Virus record (IMG/VR): IMGVR_UViG_2648501338_000008
DNA from: a virus
Taxonomy: Duplodnaviria > Heunggongvirae > Uroviricota > Caudoviricetes
Length of the DNA stretch: 11,021 nucleotides
Reading direction: 5' to 3' (one strand)
Positions 1-7,151 of this stretch are shown here, one piece after another. The position numbers and the translations under genes are program-made. Position 1 is the stretch's first letter, and every line of letters starts with the position of its first letter. The notes below the pieces were generated by a model. The model saw only the letters and a program-made list of their open reading frames with translations. It was not told the DNA's origin and ran no database searches.

Positions 1-204
1 GTGGACCAGTGCCACAATCTCCCCCTGCATCTCTGCCCGCAGCCAGTCTTCCGGTGCAATACGAAAATACGCCTCCGGCTCTGCAGAGATATTCACACAC
101 GGCAGATACCGCTCCCCCTCCGGCGTTCTCACCACGAAGCCGCACGACTCCGCAGGCACACACCGCCGGGTGTGTGCCAGAATCACTGATTCTGTCTGTG
201 TCAC
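1..204 (-). CDS. K: Tail tip assembly protein K (lambda gpK-like), N-terminal 68 codons only; gene runs off the low-coordinate edge
   Basis: Manual minus-strand translation from GTG at 204..202 gives MTQTESVILAHTRRCVPAESCGFVVRTPEGERYLPCVNISAEPEAYFRIAPEDWLRAEMQGEIVALVH, closely matching the lambda gpK N-terminus as I recall it (MTQTESAILAHARRCAPAESCGFVVSTPEGERYFPCVNISGEPEA...). Sits 5 nt downstream of the L stop, as in lambda (L then K). Not in the ORF track because no stop lies in the window. Confidence 0.8.
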   Translation of the reverse strand, partial: MTQTESVILAHTRRCVPAESCGFVVRTPEGERYLPCVNISAEPEAYFRIAPEDWLRAEMQGEIVALVH

Positions 205-209
205 TGGAT

Positions 210-908
210 TTACTGCGAAAGTTTGTTAATGGAAAGGAAACCGCCAAAATTAGCCACCATGCCGCGCATCTCACACCCGCGCATGCACTTGCTGCATCTG
301 TCCTTACGGATATCGGTGGTGGGTTTATCGAACTCATCCGCCACAGCCCCGCCCGTGTAACCACACTCATCAGAGCGGTAGGTCCACATACAGGTGTTCG
401 CCAGCATGATGCGACCGGGAAACAGCGCCCCGTCCGTCTCGGTCGGTGTGGCCAGCACAAACGAGGCCGTCATGGCCGTCAGCGATGACATCTGCTCCAC
501 CACCCACCGGTCAGTCAGCTCCTGCTCCGGGTCGGCCTCCGGATTGCCTGCCACAAAGTTCACCGCATCCAGAAAACGCGCATACACCCGGCGGCGGACC
601 ACCGTGGCACCCACCAGGCTCTGCAAATCCTCCGCCATCCCGGTGACAAGACCGAACAGATTGGACACCGTCAGCGACGGGCGGGCACTGCTGCCCTTTC
701 CGTTCATCTCAAAGCCACTGCCCTCAATCGGGTACGCCTCATACTGACGCCCCTGCCAGGTCACCGGCTCCCTTTTTTCATTCAGCTCATTGCAGAAAAA
801 ATACCGCTCACCACCCTGCACCGTCAGGTCAATTTCCCAGAGCACCACCCGCGGTGACTGCTCTGACTTAACCGACTCGTTCAGGCTTTCTTCGTGAATA
901 TCCTGCAT
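210..908 (-). CDS. L: Minor tail / tail tip protein L (lambda gpL-like), 232 aa
   Basis: ORF 210..935 used from the internal ATG at 908..906 (MQDIHEESLNE...). Near-collinear with lambda gpL as recalled (VVLWEIDLT, GGERYFFCNE, FPGRIMLANTC, GNFGGFLSINKLSQ end), and the same length as lambda L. The ATG overlaps the M stop (ATGA), indicating translational coupling. Confidence 0.9.
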   Translation of the reverse strand: MQDIHEESLNESVKSEQSPRVVLWEIDLTVQGGERYFFCNELNEKREPVTWQGRQYEAYPIEGSGFEMNGKGSSARPSLTVSNLFGLVTGMAEDLQSLVGATVVRRRVYARFLDAVNFVAGNPEADPEQELTDRWVVEQMSSLTAMTASFVLATPTETDGALFPGRIMLANTCMWTYRSDECGYTGGAVADEFDKPTTDIRKDRCSKCMRGCEMRGMVANFGGFLSINKLSQ

Positions 909-1249
909 CAGTTCACCACCTGCTCTATCGTGCAACTGAAATCACTGTACCGGGCATTATCCGTGACACTCCACTCACGGCACACAACCCTCACCGTCCG
1001 GTTATGTTTCGGCGGTCGCCACAAAAAGGCACGGTAACCACCATGCCACGATAAAAACTCTTCCAGCCAGCGCCGGGTTGACTCATCCGTCACCCGGAAC
1101 ACCGCCTGAAACGTCTTCAGTTGAGGATTCAGCCCTGTGGGGCGGCGCTGTTCATAACCGTCACCAAACCGCACCCTCACCACCGACGGCTTCTCACTCA
1201 CCTGCATCCCTTCACGCGGGACCAGATGCAGCGTTTTTATCTCAGCCAC
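908..1249 (-). CDS. M: Minor tail protein M (lambda gpM-like), 113 aa
   Basis: Translation MAEIKTLHLVPREGMQVSEKPSVVRVRFGDGYEQR...IEQVVN matches lambda gpM as recalled (VRKVRFGDGYSQRA ... EFEQVVN). Start is GTG at 1249..1247, overlapping the tape-measure stop (GTGGCTGA). AGGA lies about 10 nt upstream. Confidence 0.85.
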   Translation of the reverse strand: MAEIKTLHLVPREGMQVSEKPSVVRVRFGDGYEQRRPTGLNPQLKTFQAVFRVTDESTRRWLEEFLSWHGGYRAFLWRPPKHNRTVRVVCREWSVTDNARYSDFSCTIEQVVN

Positions 1250-2165
1250 TCAGCATTCCTCCGTCACGTCGCATGGACAGCATCACCGCCTGCACCCGCT
1301 GGTCAATCAGTTGCACAAGGCTGCCTGCCGCCTCCGGCCCTATCTGGCCATTAGTCCCGTCATTCTGAATGGCGATATGGTAGACCGGGGAATACACCAG
1401 ACCCGCACTGCCGTACATACTACCCACCGCGCGCACACCCAGCGAGCCATCCGCCGCCCGCGTCAGAGGCATAATGGCTTCAGGTCCGGCCTCCCCCATC
1501 AGTCCCGCCCCTTTTGCAAAGGCAAAGTACGTGGGCGTATCCACAATACTGTTGCTGTACGCACTCAGGTTTGCCGAGGTATACACGCCGCCTTTTGCAT
1601 TGGCCACCGCCCCGCCCAGCCAGTCACCAATGCTGCCGAGAAATCCTCCCGCACCGGACATACCGTTTGCCGCCGTCTTAATTCCGTTGACAATCGCGGC
1701 ATTCATAAGAACTTTTGATATTTCCTGCAGCACTGATGAGGCCCAGCTGCGCCATTCCACTTTATTTCCGTTCAGCATCTCCGTGATGTTATTCACCATC
1801 CCTGAGATACCCTCCGTCGCAAGCTGTGCTGCCTGTGAGGCGTAATCGGACGCATTATCCACCCAGTTACTGAATCCCTCCTGCAGCCCTTTCTGCCAGT
1901 CCGCACGCTGCACATCCGATTCGGCATAAAAAGCTTCCTGCTCTTTAAGACGTTCACTCAGATACTGCGCATTCTGCGCCAGAGCCTGTCTGTAAAAATC
2001 CTCACTGATATCCCCGGTCTGATACTGAGACTGAAGGTCCGCATCCTTCTGGCGGAAACTGTCGCGGATCTGCTGCAACTCCCGCATGCGTTCACGGAGC
2101 TCGCTCCCCCTGCCCGTACCCCAGCAGTTCAGCATCATTCGACGCACGCGCAGCCACATTCTCAT
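1242..2165 (-). CDS. Tail length tape measure protein, C-terminal segment (about 287 aa of real sequence), in the +1 frame relative to the N-terminal segment; likely one disrupted gene
   Basis: C-terminal region (NDGTNGQIGPEAAGSL..., RRDGGMLSG end) resembles the lambda gpH C-terminus (NNDGTNGQIGPAALKAV..., RDGGLFSGG). The first about 20 residues of this ORF (MRMWLRVRRMMLNCWGTGRG) look like out-of-frame read-through; the meaningful sequence starts near SELRERMRELQQIRD, just downstream of the C5 run at 2106..2110. Confidence 0.8.
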   Translation of the reverse strand: MRMWLRVRRMMLNCWGTGRGSELRERMRELQQIRDSFRQKDADLQSQYQTGDISEDFYRQALAQNAQYLSERLKEQEAFYAESDVQRADWQKGLQEGFSNWVDNASDYASQAAQLATEGISGMVNNITEMLNGNKVEWRSWASSVLQEISKVLMNAAIVNGIKTAANGMSGAGGFLGSIGDWLGGAVANAKGGVYTSANLSAYSNSIVDTPTYFAFAKGAGLMGEAGPEAIMPLTRAADGSLGVRAVGSMYGSAGLVYSPVYHIAIQNDGTNGQIGPEAAGSLVQLIDQRVQAVMLSMRRDGGMLSG

Positions 2166-4485
2166 TCTTCAGGGTCTCTTCCCGGGACCGCAACTGTTCC
2201 CGGATTTTTTGCTGGTCAATCAGGGCCGCATTACGCAGCAGCTCCTGCTTCTGCATCTCCGTCAGGGTTTTCAGTTCGCCCTGCGCAGTCTGGTATTTCA
2301 GCTTCGCCAGCTCTGTATTCTGCCCCACAAGTGCCAGTTGCTCTTTCTGCTGCTTCAGCAGCCGGGAAAAACTGTCTTCCGCTTTTTCCGTCTCTGATTT
2401 TCCACCCCGGGATTTGGGTTTATTCGCCTCGTTATTGCGCCAGGCTTCCAGGGCATTACTGATATAACGCTGTCTCGCCTCCTGATACGGATCACCCACA
2501 AAACCGAGGTCATCCGCCGCATACCCCAGCCGGACACGCTCTTTTTCTTCCCCTTTCAGTCTGGACAGGGCCAGCTCACGCTCTGTTTTTGTCAGGGCAC
2601 TCTGCTGTTTATCATCCAGAGTGGCCTGTGGCAGCCGTAACGGCACATTCACCAGTCCCTGCCGCTGCTGAAGCAGTTCATTACCCAGCCCCAGCAGACG
2701 GTTGAATTCCGTATGCTGACCGTTCATAACCAGCATGGACTGGTACACCTTATTCTGCTCTGCCGCCTGCTGACGAATTAACGCCACACGACGGTCTTCC
2801 AGCCCGGCAAGCACATCCTGAATGGACTGCGCTTTTTCCTGCATCTGTGCCAGACGGGACTGCTCAACGGCAAGCTGCTCTGTTGCCTGAGCAAGCCCTT
2901 CCGTTACGGTCTTCACCGAGGTCAGATGGTTTATCATGAATCCGTCACCGGTCGTCCAGCCCGGGTTCGCCAGAACATACTGATATCCTGCGATTTTTTC
3001 CTGCAGGGATTTCACCCGACTGGCCTGTTCATCAATCAGCCGGTTCTGCTCTGTCAGCGCCGCCCGTGTTCGTCCTTCATTATCTGAGGCTTCAGGCAAA
3101 GACATTGACGGCGTTTTATGCGCGATTTCATCTATCGTCAGTGCATACTGGCGCGCAGACTCCCTGGCCTGCTCCTGATTCTGGTACAGCGTATACCATG
3201 CTGCAGCCCCCAGCATCACCAGTCCGGGTACGCCACCAACCAGCCCCAACGCACCACTCATCAGACGTGAGCCCACCGCCGTTGTACTGTTCAGCGCATT
3301 CTGGGCGGCGCTTCTGGCAGCAATATTTCTGTTCAGGCGTTCCTGTGTGGCCGCCAGACGGGCCTCTGCAGCAATCTGCATCTCCGTCCCGCGGGCTGCC
3401 GCCACGGCCTGCTGAGCACGGTACACGGCTGCCCTTGCCCGCGCCGTGGCAATCTGCGTTCCCCTGAACTGTGCTTCCGCCAGTGCAACTTCATTACGTG
3501 CAGCCGTCACAAGTCCTGCCGTGGCAGACACCGCTCCGGAGGCCATATTGCCAAAGTACCGGGCAACCCCGACGGCAACCAGCGCACCCACAGCTGTTGC
3601 CACATTATCAATCTGTCCGGCAACACCGTTCAGCACGCCGGAGAGCGTTTTTGTCACCCCGCTGGCCTCATTCGCACCGCCCACCCAGGCCATAAAGGCG
3701 TTTTCCACCTTTGTGATACCACCAGAAACCGTTTCCGGCATGGCCGCATATTCATCACGCAATATCCCCAGCTGGCTGATTAACGCGGGCACCACTTTAT
3801 CCGCCGTCAGTTGACCATCATCCGCCATCGCCTTCAGATCTTTACGGGCCACGCCCATACCCGCAGCCAGTGCACGAACGATCCGGTCACCACTTTCATT
3901 GACCGAATTAAACTCCTCACCACGCAACACACCCTGCGCCAGCGCCTGACTGAACTGGGTGATCACCGAACCCGCCTCAGCCGTACTGGCACCGGAGATT
4001 TTCAGCCCCGTCGAAATGGCCTCCGTCACCTTCAGCACATCACCAGCACTGTAACCATATTCACGCATCGAGGCAGCCGAACGGGCAAACAGGGCCGCAT
4101 TATCCGAAAAAGCGGTACCTGTCCGCTGACTGATATCCATCAGCACTTTCTGTGATGACGAAAATTCATCCGATGACTGCGACGCCTGTTTCAGACGGGC
4201 ATTCACGGAACTCCACTCATCAGCCAGCGAAATCAGGTGTCCGGTGGCAAAGGCACCGGCAAACGCACCAGCCATTCCGACAGCCGAAGCGCGGATTTCC
4301 GTCAACTGGCTGTGCAGCTCAGCCAGAGCACGGCGCTGCTCCCGGGCTGCCGCAGCAGCCTGACGCCCGCCATTCTGCAGGGTCCGGTAATATTCACTGC
4401 CCATACGGGAAGCCCGCTGGATCTCCGACTGGAATGACTGTGAATTTGCCGAAATTTTGATAATCAGTTCACGTAACGTCGCCAT
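2092..4485 (-). CDS. Tail length tape measure protein, N-terminal segment (797 aa), ending at a premature stop right after a homopolymer
   Basis: ATG at 4485..4483 preceded by GGAG/AAGG. Long Ala/Gln-rich helical protein with hydrophobic Gly/Ala-rich segments (LVAVGVARYFGNMASGAVSATAGLV, LMSGALGLVGGVPGLVMLGAAAWY) typical of tape measure proteins. Position between the G-T chaperone genes and gpM is canonical for a tape measure. Confidence 0.85.
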   Translation of the reverse strand: MATLRELIIKISANSQSFQSEIQRASRMGSEYYRTLQNGGRQAAAAAREQRRALAELHSQLTEIRASAVGMAGAFAGAFATGHLISLADEWSSVNARLKQASQSSDEFSSSQKVLMDISQRTGTAFSDNAALFARSAASMREYGYSAGDVLKVTEAISTGLKISGASTAEAGSVITQFSQALAQGVLRGEEFNSVNESGDRIVRALAAGMGVARKDLKAMADDGQLTADKVVPALISQLGILRDEYAAMPETVSGGITKVENAFMAWVGGANEASGVTKTLSGVLNGVAGQIDNVATAVGALVAVGVARYFGNMASGAVSATAGLVTAARNEVALAEAQFRGTQIATARARAAVYRAQQAVAAARGTEMQIAAEARLAATQERLNRNIAARSAAQNALNSTTAVGSRLMSGALGLVGGVPGLVMLGAAAWYTLYQNQEQARESARQYALTIDEIAHKTPSMSLPEASDNEGRTRAALTEQNRLIDEQASRVKSLQEKIAGYQYVLANPGWTTGDGFMINHLTSVKTVTEGLAQATEQLAVEQSRLAQMQEKAQSIQDVLAGLEDRRVALIRQQAAEQNKVYQSMLVMNGQHTEFNRLLGLGNELLQQRQGLVNVPLRLPQATLDDKQQSALTKTERELALSRLKGEEKERVRLGYAADDLGFVGDPYQEARQRYISNALEAWRNNEANKPKSRGGKSETEKAEDSFSRLLKQQKEQLALVGQNTELAKLKYQTAQGELKTLTEMQKQELLRNAALIDQQKIREQLRSREETLKNENVAARASNDAELLGYGQGERAP

Positions 4486-4506
4486 TCACCTTTCTCCGGG
4501 CGAAAA

Positions 4507-4528
4507 AAAACCTGCCACAGCAGGTTTT
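4507..4528. terminator. Symmetric hairpin (9-bp stem, 4-nt loop) with flanking A8/T-runs between the G-T chaperone stop and the tape-measure start; possible attenuator or RNA-stability element
   Basis: Plus strand reads aaaacctgc caca gcaggtttt, preceded by an 8-A run (4503..4510). On the minus-strand mRNA the stem is followed by a U-run. Read directly from the sequence; function is inferred. Confidence 0.35.
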
Positions 4529-4537
4529 CATCATCAT

Positions 4538-5217
4538 TCATGACAGTGCTGCAAGGCTCAGCGCGTCTTCCAGCGCCGCAAACGGATCCACCTCCGGCTT
4601 ATCCTCATCCTCGCCCCAGCAGAGCATGGCGTCCTTCAGTGCAACATTCATCCCCTGTGCCCCGAAAACCGCTTTCACGATCTGTGCATTACGGATATCC
4701 CCGCGCTCATCACCCAGCGGGGACACCCTGTCAAACTCCATCCACATCATCGCCTCGCTCGCACTCAGGCTGTGCCGCAGTTCGGATAAGGTGCGCCCCA
4801 GACGGAGCGCAAGTCGCATCAGAAAGCGAATTTCCGGGCGGGCTACTTTTTTCTGGCCGACTCTGCATCAGCGATCAGTTCCAGTGCCTGACGCAGCAAC
4901 CGGGCATGTACCGGACCATAGACGGCCAGCACCTGCTCACGGTCGTCCGGAGTGAACACCCGTTGCAGGTCAGTATCACACAGGACATCGCAGAACAGCG
5001 TCACATCTGCTTCCAGGTTACGGCGGGTTTTCGCCACCACCGACAGGGTATCGTCATCCTCTCCATCACCATTGAGCACTTCCTGCCACAGATACCAGGC
5101 CTCTGCCGAAGGCTCCCGCAGCACCACGCTGACATTTCTCCATTCCGGCACCTTCACCGTTTTATGACGGAACCCCGACAGTCTGGCCAGCGCCAGTGTT
5201 TTCAGATCTTTTGCCAT
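4538..5217 (-). CDS. Tail assembly chaperone G-T fusion, made by a programmed -1 ribosomal frameshift at 4846..4852 (about 226 aa)
   Basis: The -1 frame is open from the slippery heptamer through ORF 4538..4819: ...KKVARPEIRFLMRLALRLGRT.... I checked the frame arithmetic: G codons end at coordinates divisible by 3, T codons at coordinates 1 mod 3, which is -1 on the minus strand. A G/G-T gene pair immediately upstream of the tape measure is the conserved arrangement in long-tailed phages. Confidence 0.7.
4843..5217 (-). CDS. Tail assembly chaperone (lambda gpG-like), 124 aa
   Basis: ATG at 5217..5215, 5 nt after the major tail protein stop. Acidic small protein (NGDGEDDDTL) ending ...ESARKK, with the slippery site as its last codons. 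Position between the major tail and tape-measure genes. Confidence 0.75.
   Translation of the reverse strand: MAKDLKTLALARLSGFRHKTVKVPEWRNVSVVLREPSAEAWYLWQEVLNGDGEDDDTLSVVAKTRRNLEADVTLFCDVLCDTDLQRVFTPDDREQVLAVYGPVHARLLRQALELIADAESARKK
4846..4852 (-). other. Slippery heptamer A AAA AAG for the G-T -1 programmed frameshift
   Basis: Minus-strand sequence CC AGA AAA AAG TAG: the X XXY YYZ motif lies in the G zero frame, directly before the G stop codon. Confidence 0.7.
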
Positions 5218-5222
5218 AAGCC

Positions 5223-5939
5223 TTATCCGCCCGCACCATTAACCGTTACCGTACACGCATCAGAGGTAATGCTCTGCGGCTGTTCTGCAGAATCCGTTAC
5301 CTCGCAGGTATAAGCCCCCTTATCACCTGACTGCGCATTGGCTTTACTGAAAGTGTCAGTAGTCTGTCCCTCTACCGGCTGACCATCCTTCTTCCAGGCG
5401 TGTTTATAAGGCGGCGTTCCCCCGTTGACACTGACTGACATTGTCAGCAGCGCACCGGTATTCACGGTAAGTGTCTTCTCCGGATTTTTCACAAACGCCA
5501 GCGGTACCACATAGGACACCGGTTTACCCTTCAGGCGAAGTGAAAACGTTGCAGCCACCACGCCGTTGGTACCGGATGACCAGGTGTGCTGACGCACTTC
5601 CGCCAGGAACTTAAAGCCCTTACCGGACGGAAACTGCACCTTAAACGCATACACCGTGTCATTGTCATAGGCATCACGCAGGGCGTTCTGGGCCTGATTC
5701 AGATAAAAATTACCCGACATGGAAATCTCGGACGACGCCCCCAGACCGTTGATGTTCTCCTGCTCTGTGGAGCAGAGCGTGGTCACATCAATATCCTGTT
5801 TCTGACCGGCGGTGAACTGGACTTCCTTGATGGCGCAGTCCAGGCGCAGATATTCCGCCTTCTCCATGGTTTCAGCAGTCGCCGGGGCAGATGAAATCAT
5901 CACCTGCGTCAGCTGTGAACGTTCATACAAAGCAGACAT
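5223..5939 (-). CDS. Major tail (tube) protein with C-terminal Ig-like (Big_2-type) domain, 238 aa
   Basis: Preferred start is the ATG at 5939..5937 (MSALYERSQ...), preceded by AGGAGG at about 5 nt. The track start at 6077 would overlap the upstream gene and read through a T-run as FFFFF. The C-terminal roughly 80 aa (PPYKHAWKKDGQPVEGQTTDTF...DKGAYTCEVTDSAEQ...CTVTVN) has the Ig-like signature seen on many siphovirus tail tube proteins. Confidence 0.75.
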   Translation of the reverse strand: MSALYERSQLTQVMISSAPATAETMEKAEYLRLDCAIKEVQFTAGQKQDIDVTTLCSTEQENINGLGASSEISMSGNFYLNQAQNALRDAYDNDTVYAFKVQFPSGKGFKFLAEVRQHTWSSGTNGVVAATFSLRLKGKPVSYVVPLAFVKNPEKTLTVNTGALLTMSVSVNGGTPPYKHAWKKDGQPVEGQTTDTFSKANAQSGDKGAYTCEVTDSAEQPQSITSDACTVTVNGAGG

Positions 5940-5942
5940 TCT

Positions 5943-5966
5943 GCCTCCTGATAATAAAAAACCCGC
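5943..5966 (-). terminator. Candidate weak intrinsic terminator or attenuator on the minus strand, just upstream of the major tail gene
   Basis: Minus strand reads CCCGC-CGCGU-GCGGG (5-bp GC stem, plus 5952..5956 pairing with 5962..5966) followed by UUUUUUAUUAU, then the RBS and ATG of the major tail gene. A second T-rich tract (T5-C-T8, plus 5992..6005) lies upstream of the stem. Confidence 0.35.
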
Positions 5967-6006
5967 ACGCGGCGGGGTATGGGTTCTGTAGAAAAAAAAG
6001 AAAAAG

Positions 6007-6351
6007 TCACACCGTGACCTGAAACTCCAGGGTTGCACGGTAACAGCGGTTTTCCGGAATATAGTCCTGCATTTCACTGACGGATCCCGGGGCCAGCAGC
6101 ATTATGGCTTCACGGGCGTCCTGACGTATCTGACGCGCCTGCGTCACAGTCCCGGCATAAACGTCTATCTGCACCGACACTGAGGACTCCGCCTGCCCGC
6201 CCATCACGTCCGCCGACACCGATGAAATCAGGCTGAAAACCACCCACGGAAGCGCCACCGACGGCCTGCCATCCAGCAGGGGGACCACATACGGGTACAC
6301 CTGCCCGCCGGCAAGATGCGCCAGATGAGGATACAAATCCGCCTCCGTCAT
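6007..6351 (-). CDS. Tail terminator / tail completion protein (DUF3168-like), 114 aa
   Basis: ATG overlaps the upstream stop (ATGA). Motif GGQVYPYVVPLLDGRPSVALPWVVFSLIS resembles DUF3168-type neck/tail-completion proteins. Position immediately upstream of the major tail gene. Confidence 0.55.
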   Translation of the reverse strand: MTEADLYPHLAHLAGGQVYPYVVPLLDGRPSVALPWVVFSLISSVSADVMGGQAESSVSVQIDVYAGTVTQARQIRQDAREAIMLLAPGSVSEMQDYIPENRCYRATLEFQVTV

Positions 6352-6794
6352 CGTCTCAGTACCTCATCAATGGCCCGGTTCATCCGAGCAATCGCCACCT
6401 GTGCCGCCTGTTCACTGCGCACATCAAATGCCGGGCGCACAAACGGGTGCGGTGGCATATTCACGGTCCCCATTTCCACAAACCGCCAGTAGAAAGCATT
6501 GCGCGGGTTATCCGCCTTCATGGTGTTATCGCTGTTACCGGTGTCCGGATTAACACCCCGGATATGGACACCGGATTCCATCCCGCCATCGCGGGAGCGC
6601 CGGGAAAGGACCACCACATTGCGGCGCAGTTTTCCCCTGCGTACCGGTGCCCGTGACACCACTTCTTCTTTCAGCACATTCGCACCCGCACGGGTTGCCT
6701 CACGCAGCACCCGGTTATTTTCCGCACCACTCAGAAGCTGCAAATCGCGGCTGATGTCCTCCAGCCCCGAAAAATCCAGCAGGGTTTCGATCAT
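6348..6794 (-). CDS. HK97 gp10-family neck/tail component, 148 aa
   Basis: C-terminal motif AFYWRFVEMGTVNMPPHPFVRPAF matches the HK97-gp10-like signature as I recall it (aromatic-x-F-hydrophobic-E-x-G-T ... P-F-hydrophobic-x-P-A). ATGA overlap with the upstream gene. Confidence 0.65.
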   Translation of the reverse strand: MIETLLDFSGLEDISRDLQLLSGAENNRVLREATRAGANVLKEEVVSRAPVRRGKLRRNVVVLSRRSRDGGMESGVHIRGVNPDTGNSDNTMKADNPRNAFYWRFVEMGTVNMPPHPFVRPAFDVRSEQAAQVAIARMNRAIDEVLRR

Positions 6795-7141
6795 TTTTCC
6801 CCTCCCAGCCGACAGAGAATTTCCAGACGCCCGCCGGTCGCATCCGGCACGGGCAGCCCGACAACGTTCAGGATCCGGTCACGCCATGGACCACTCAGCA
6901 CATGAAGTCGTGACGCTGCCGTGATTTCCCGGCCGGACTGACCGCGCACCCAGATGCGGATTTCCGCCTGCGCCATTTCCGCACCGGACTGCATCCGCTC
7001 CCGGCTGCTCCTGCCACGGATATCCGCATGAATTTTCCCGCATGACACCCATTCTTCCGTCATTTCTCCGGCAGCATTACGGGTTAACACCGGCTTCAGA
7101 ACACTTATCATCTGTGTCAGACGACCTGCAGATATTGCCAT
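6791..7141 (-). CDS. Head closure / head-tail adaptor protein (Phage_H_T_join-like), 116 aa
   Basis: ATG at 7141..7139 with AGGAGG immediately upstream. Sequence ...AEIRIWVRGQSGREITAASRLHV...RILNVVGLPVPDATGGRLEILC resembles head-closure proteins. Position after the gp6-like connector. Confidence 0.6.
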   Translation of the reverse strand: MAISAGRLTQMISVLKPVLTRNAAGEMTEEWVSCGKIHADIRGRSSRERMQSGAEMAQAEIRIWVRGQSGREITAASRLHVLSGPWRDRILNVVGLPVPDATGGRLEILCRLGGEK

Positions 7142-7151
7142 TCCTCCCTCC

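Noticed and set aside
9-488. Plus-strand ORFs 9..488, 394..747, 1078..1368, 1311..1718, 1474..1845
   Set aside because: All lie antisense to the strongly supported gpK/gpL/gpM and tape-measure genes. Their translations are Pro/Arg/Ser/His-rich with no recognisable motifs, as expected for shadow ORFs in GC-rich DNA.
2092-2165. Programmed +1 ribosomal frameshift in the tape-measure gene
   Set aside because: The frame change coincides with a homopolymer, and removing one base restores a seamless protein. I know of no precedent for programmed frameshifting in lambda-like tape measure genes. A single-base indel is more parsimonious.
2086-4460. Plus-strand ORFs inside the tape-measure gene (2086..2397, 3066..3467, 3446..3814, 3811..4155, 4152..4460) and minus-strand ORF 2355..2537
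   Set aside because: Antisense or alternate-frame shadows within the tape-measure coding region, with low-complexity translations.
4540-5313. Plus-strand ORF of 257 aa, plus 4626..4955 and 4952..5167
   Set aside because: Antisense to the G and G-T chaperone genes, which have a canonical slippery site, RBS and operon context. No start context or motif supports the plus-strand reading.
5586-5894. Plus-strand ORF of 102 aa inside the major tail gene
   Set aside because: Antisense to the major tail protein gene, which has a clear RBS and Ig-like domain. Basic, low-complexity translation.
5975-6010. Possible sigma-70 promoter in the A/T-rich tract (gtgact ... tacaga on the minus strand)
   Set aside because: The -35-like hexamer matches only 4 of 6 and the spacing to the nearest -10-like hexamer is about 14 nt, too short. 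The tract fits better as part of the terminator region.
5940-6077. Extended start of the major tail ORF at 6077
   Set aside because: The extension overlaps the upstream gene by 71 nt, crosses the hairpin and reads the T-tract as FFFFF. The ATG at 5939 has a strong AGGAGG RBS.
6447-6924. Plus-strand ORFs 6447..6656 and 6499..6924
   Set aside because: Antisense to the gp10-like and head-closure genes, which are linked by ATGA overlaps. Arg/Ser-rich low-complexity translations.
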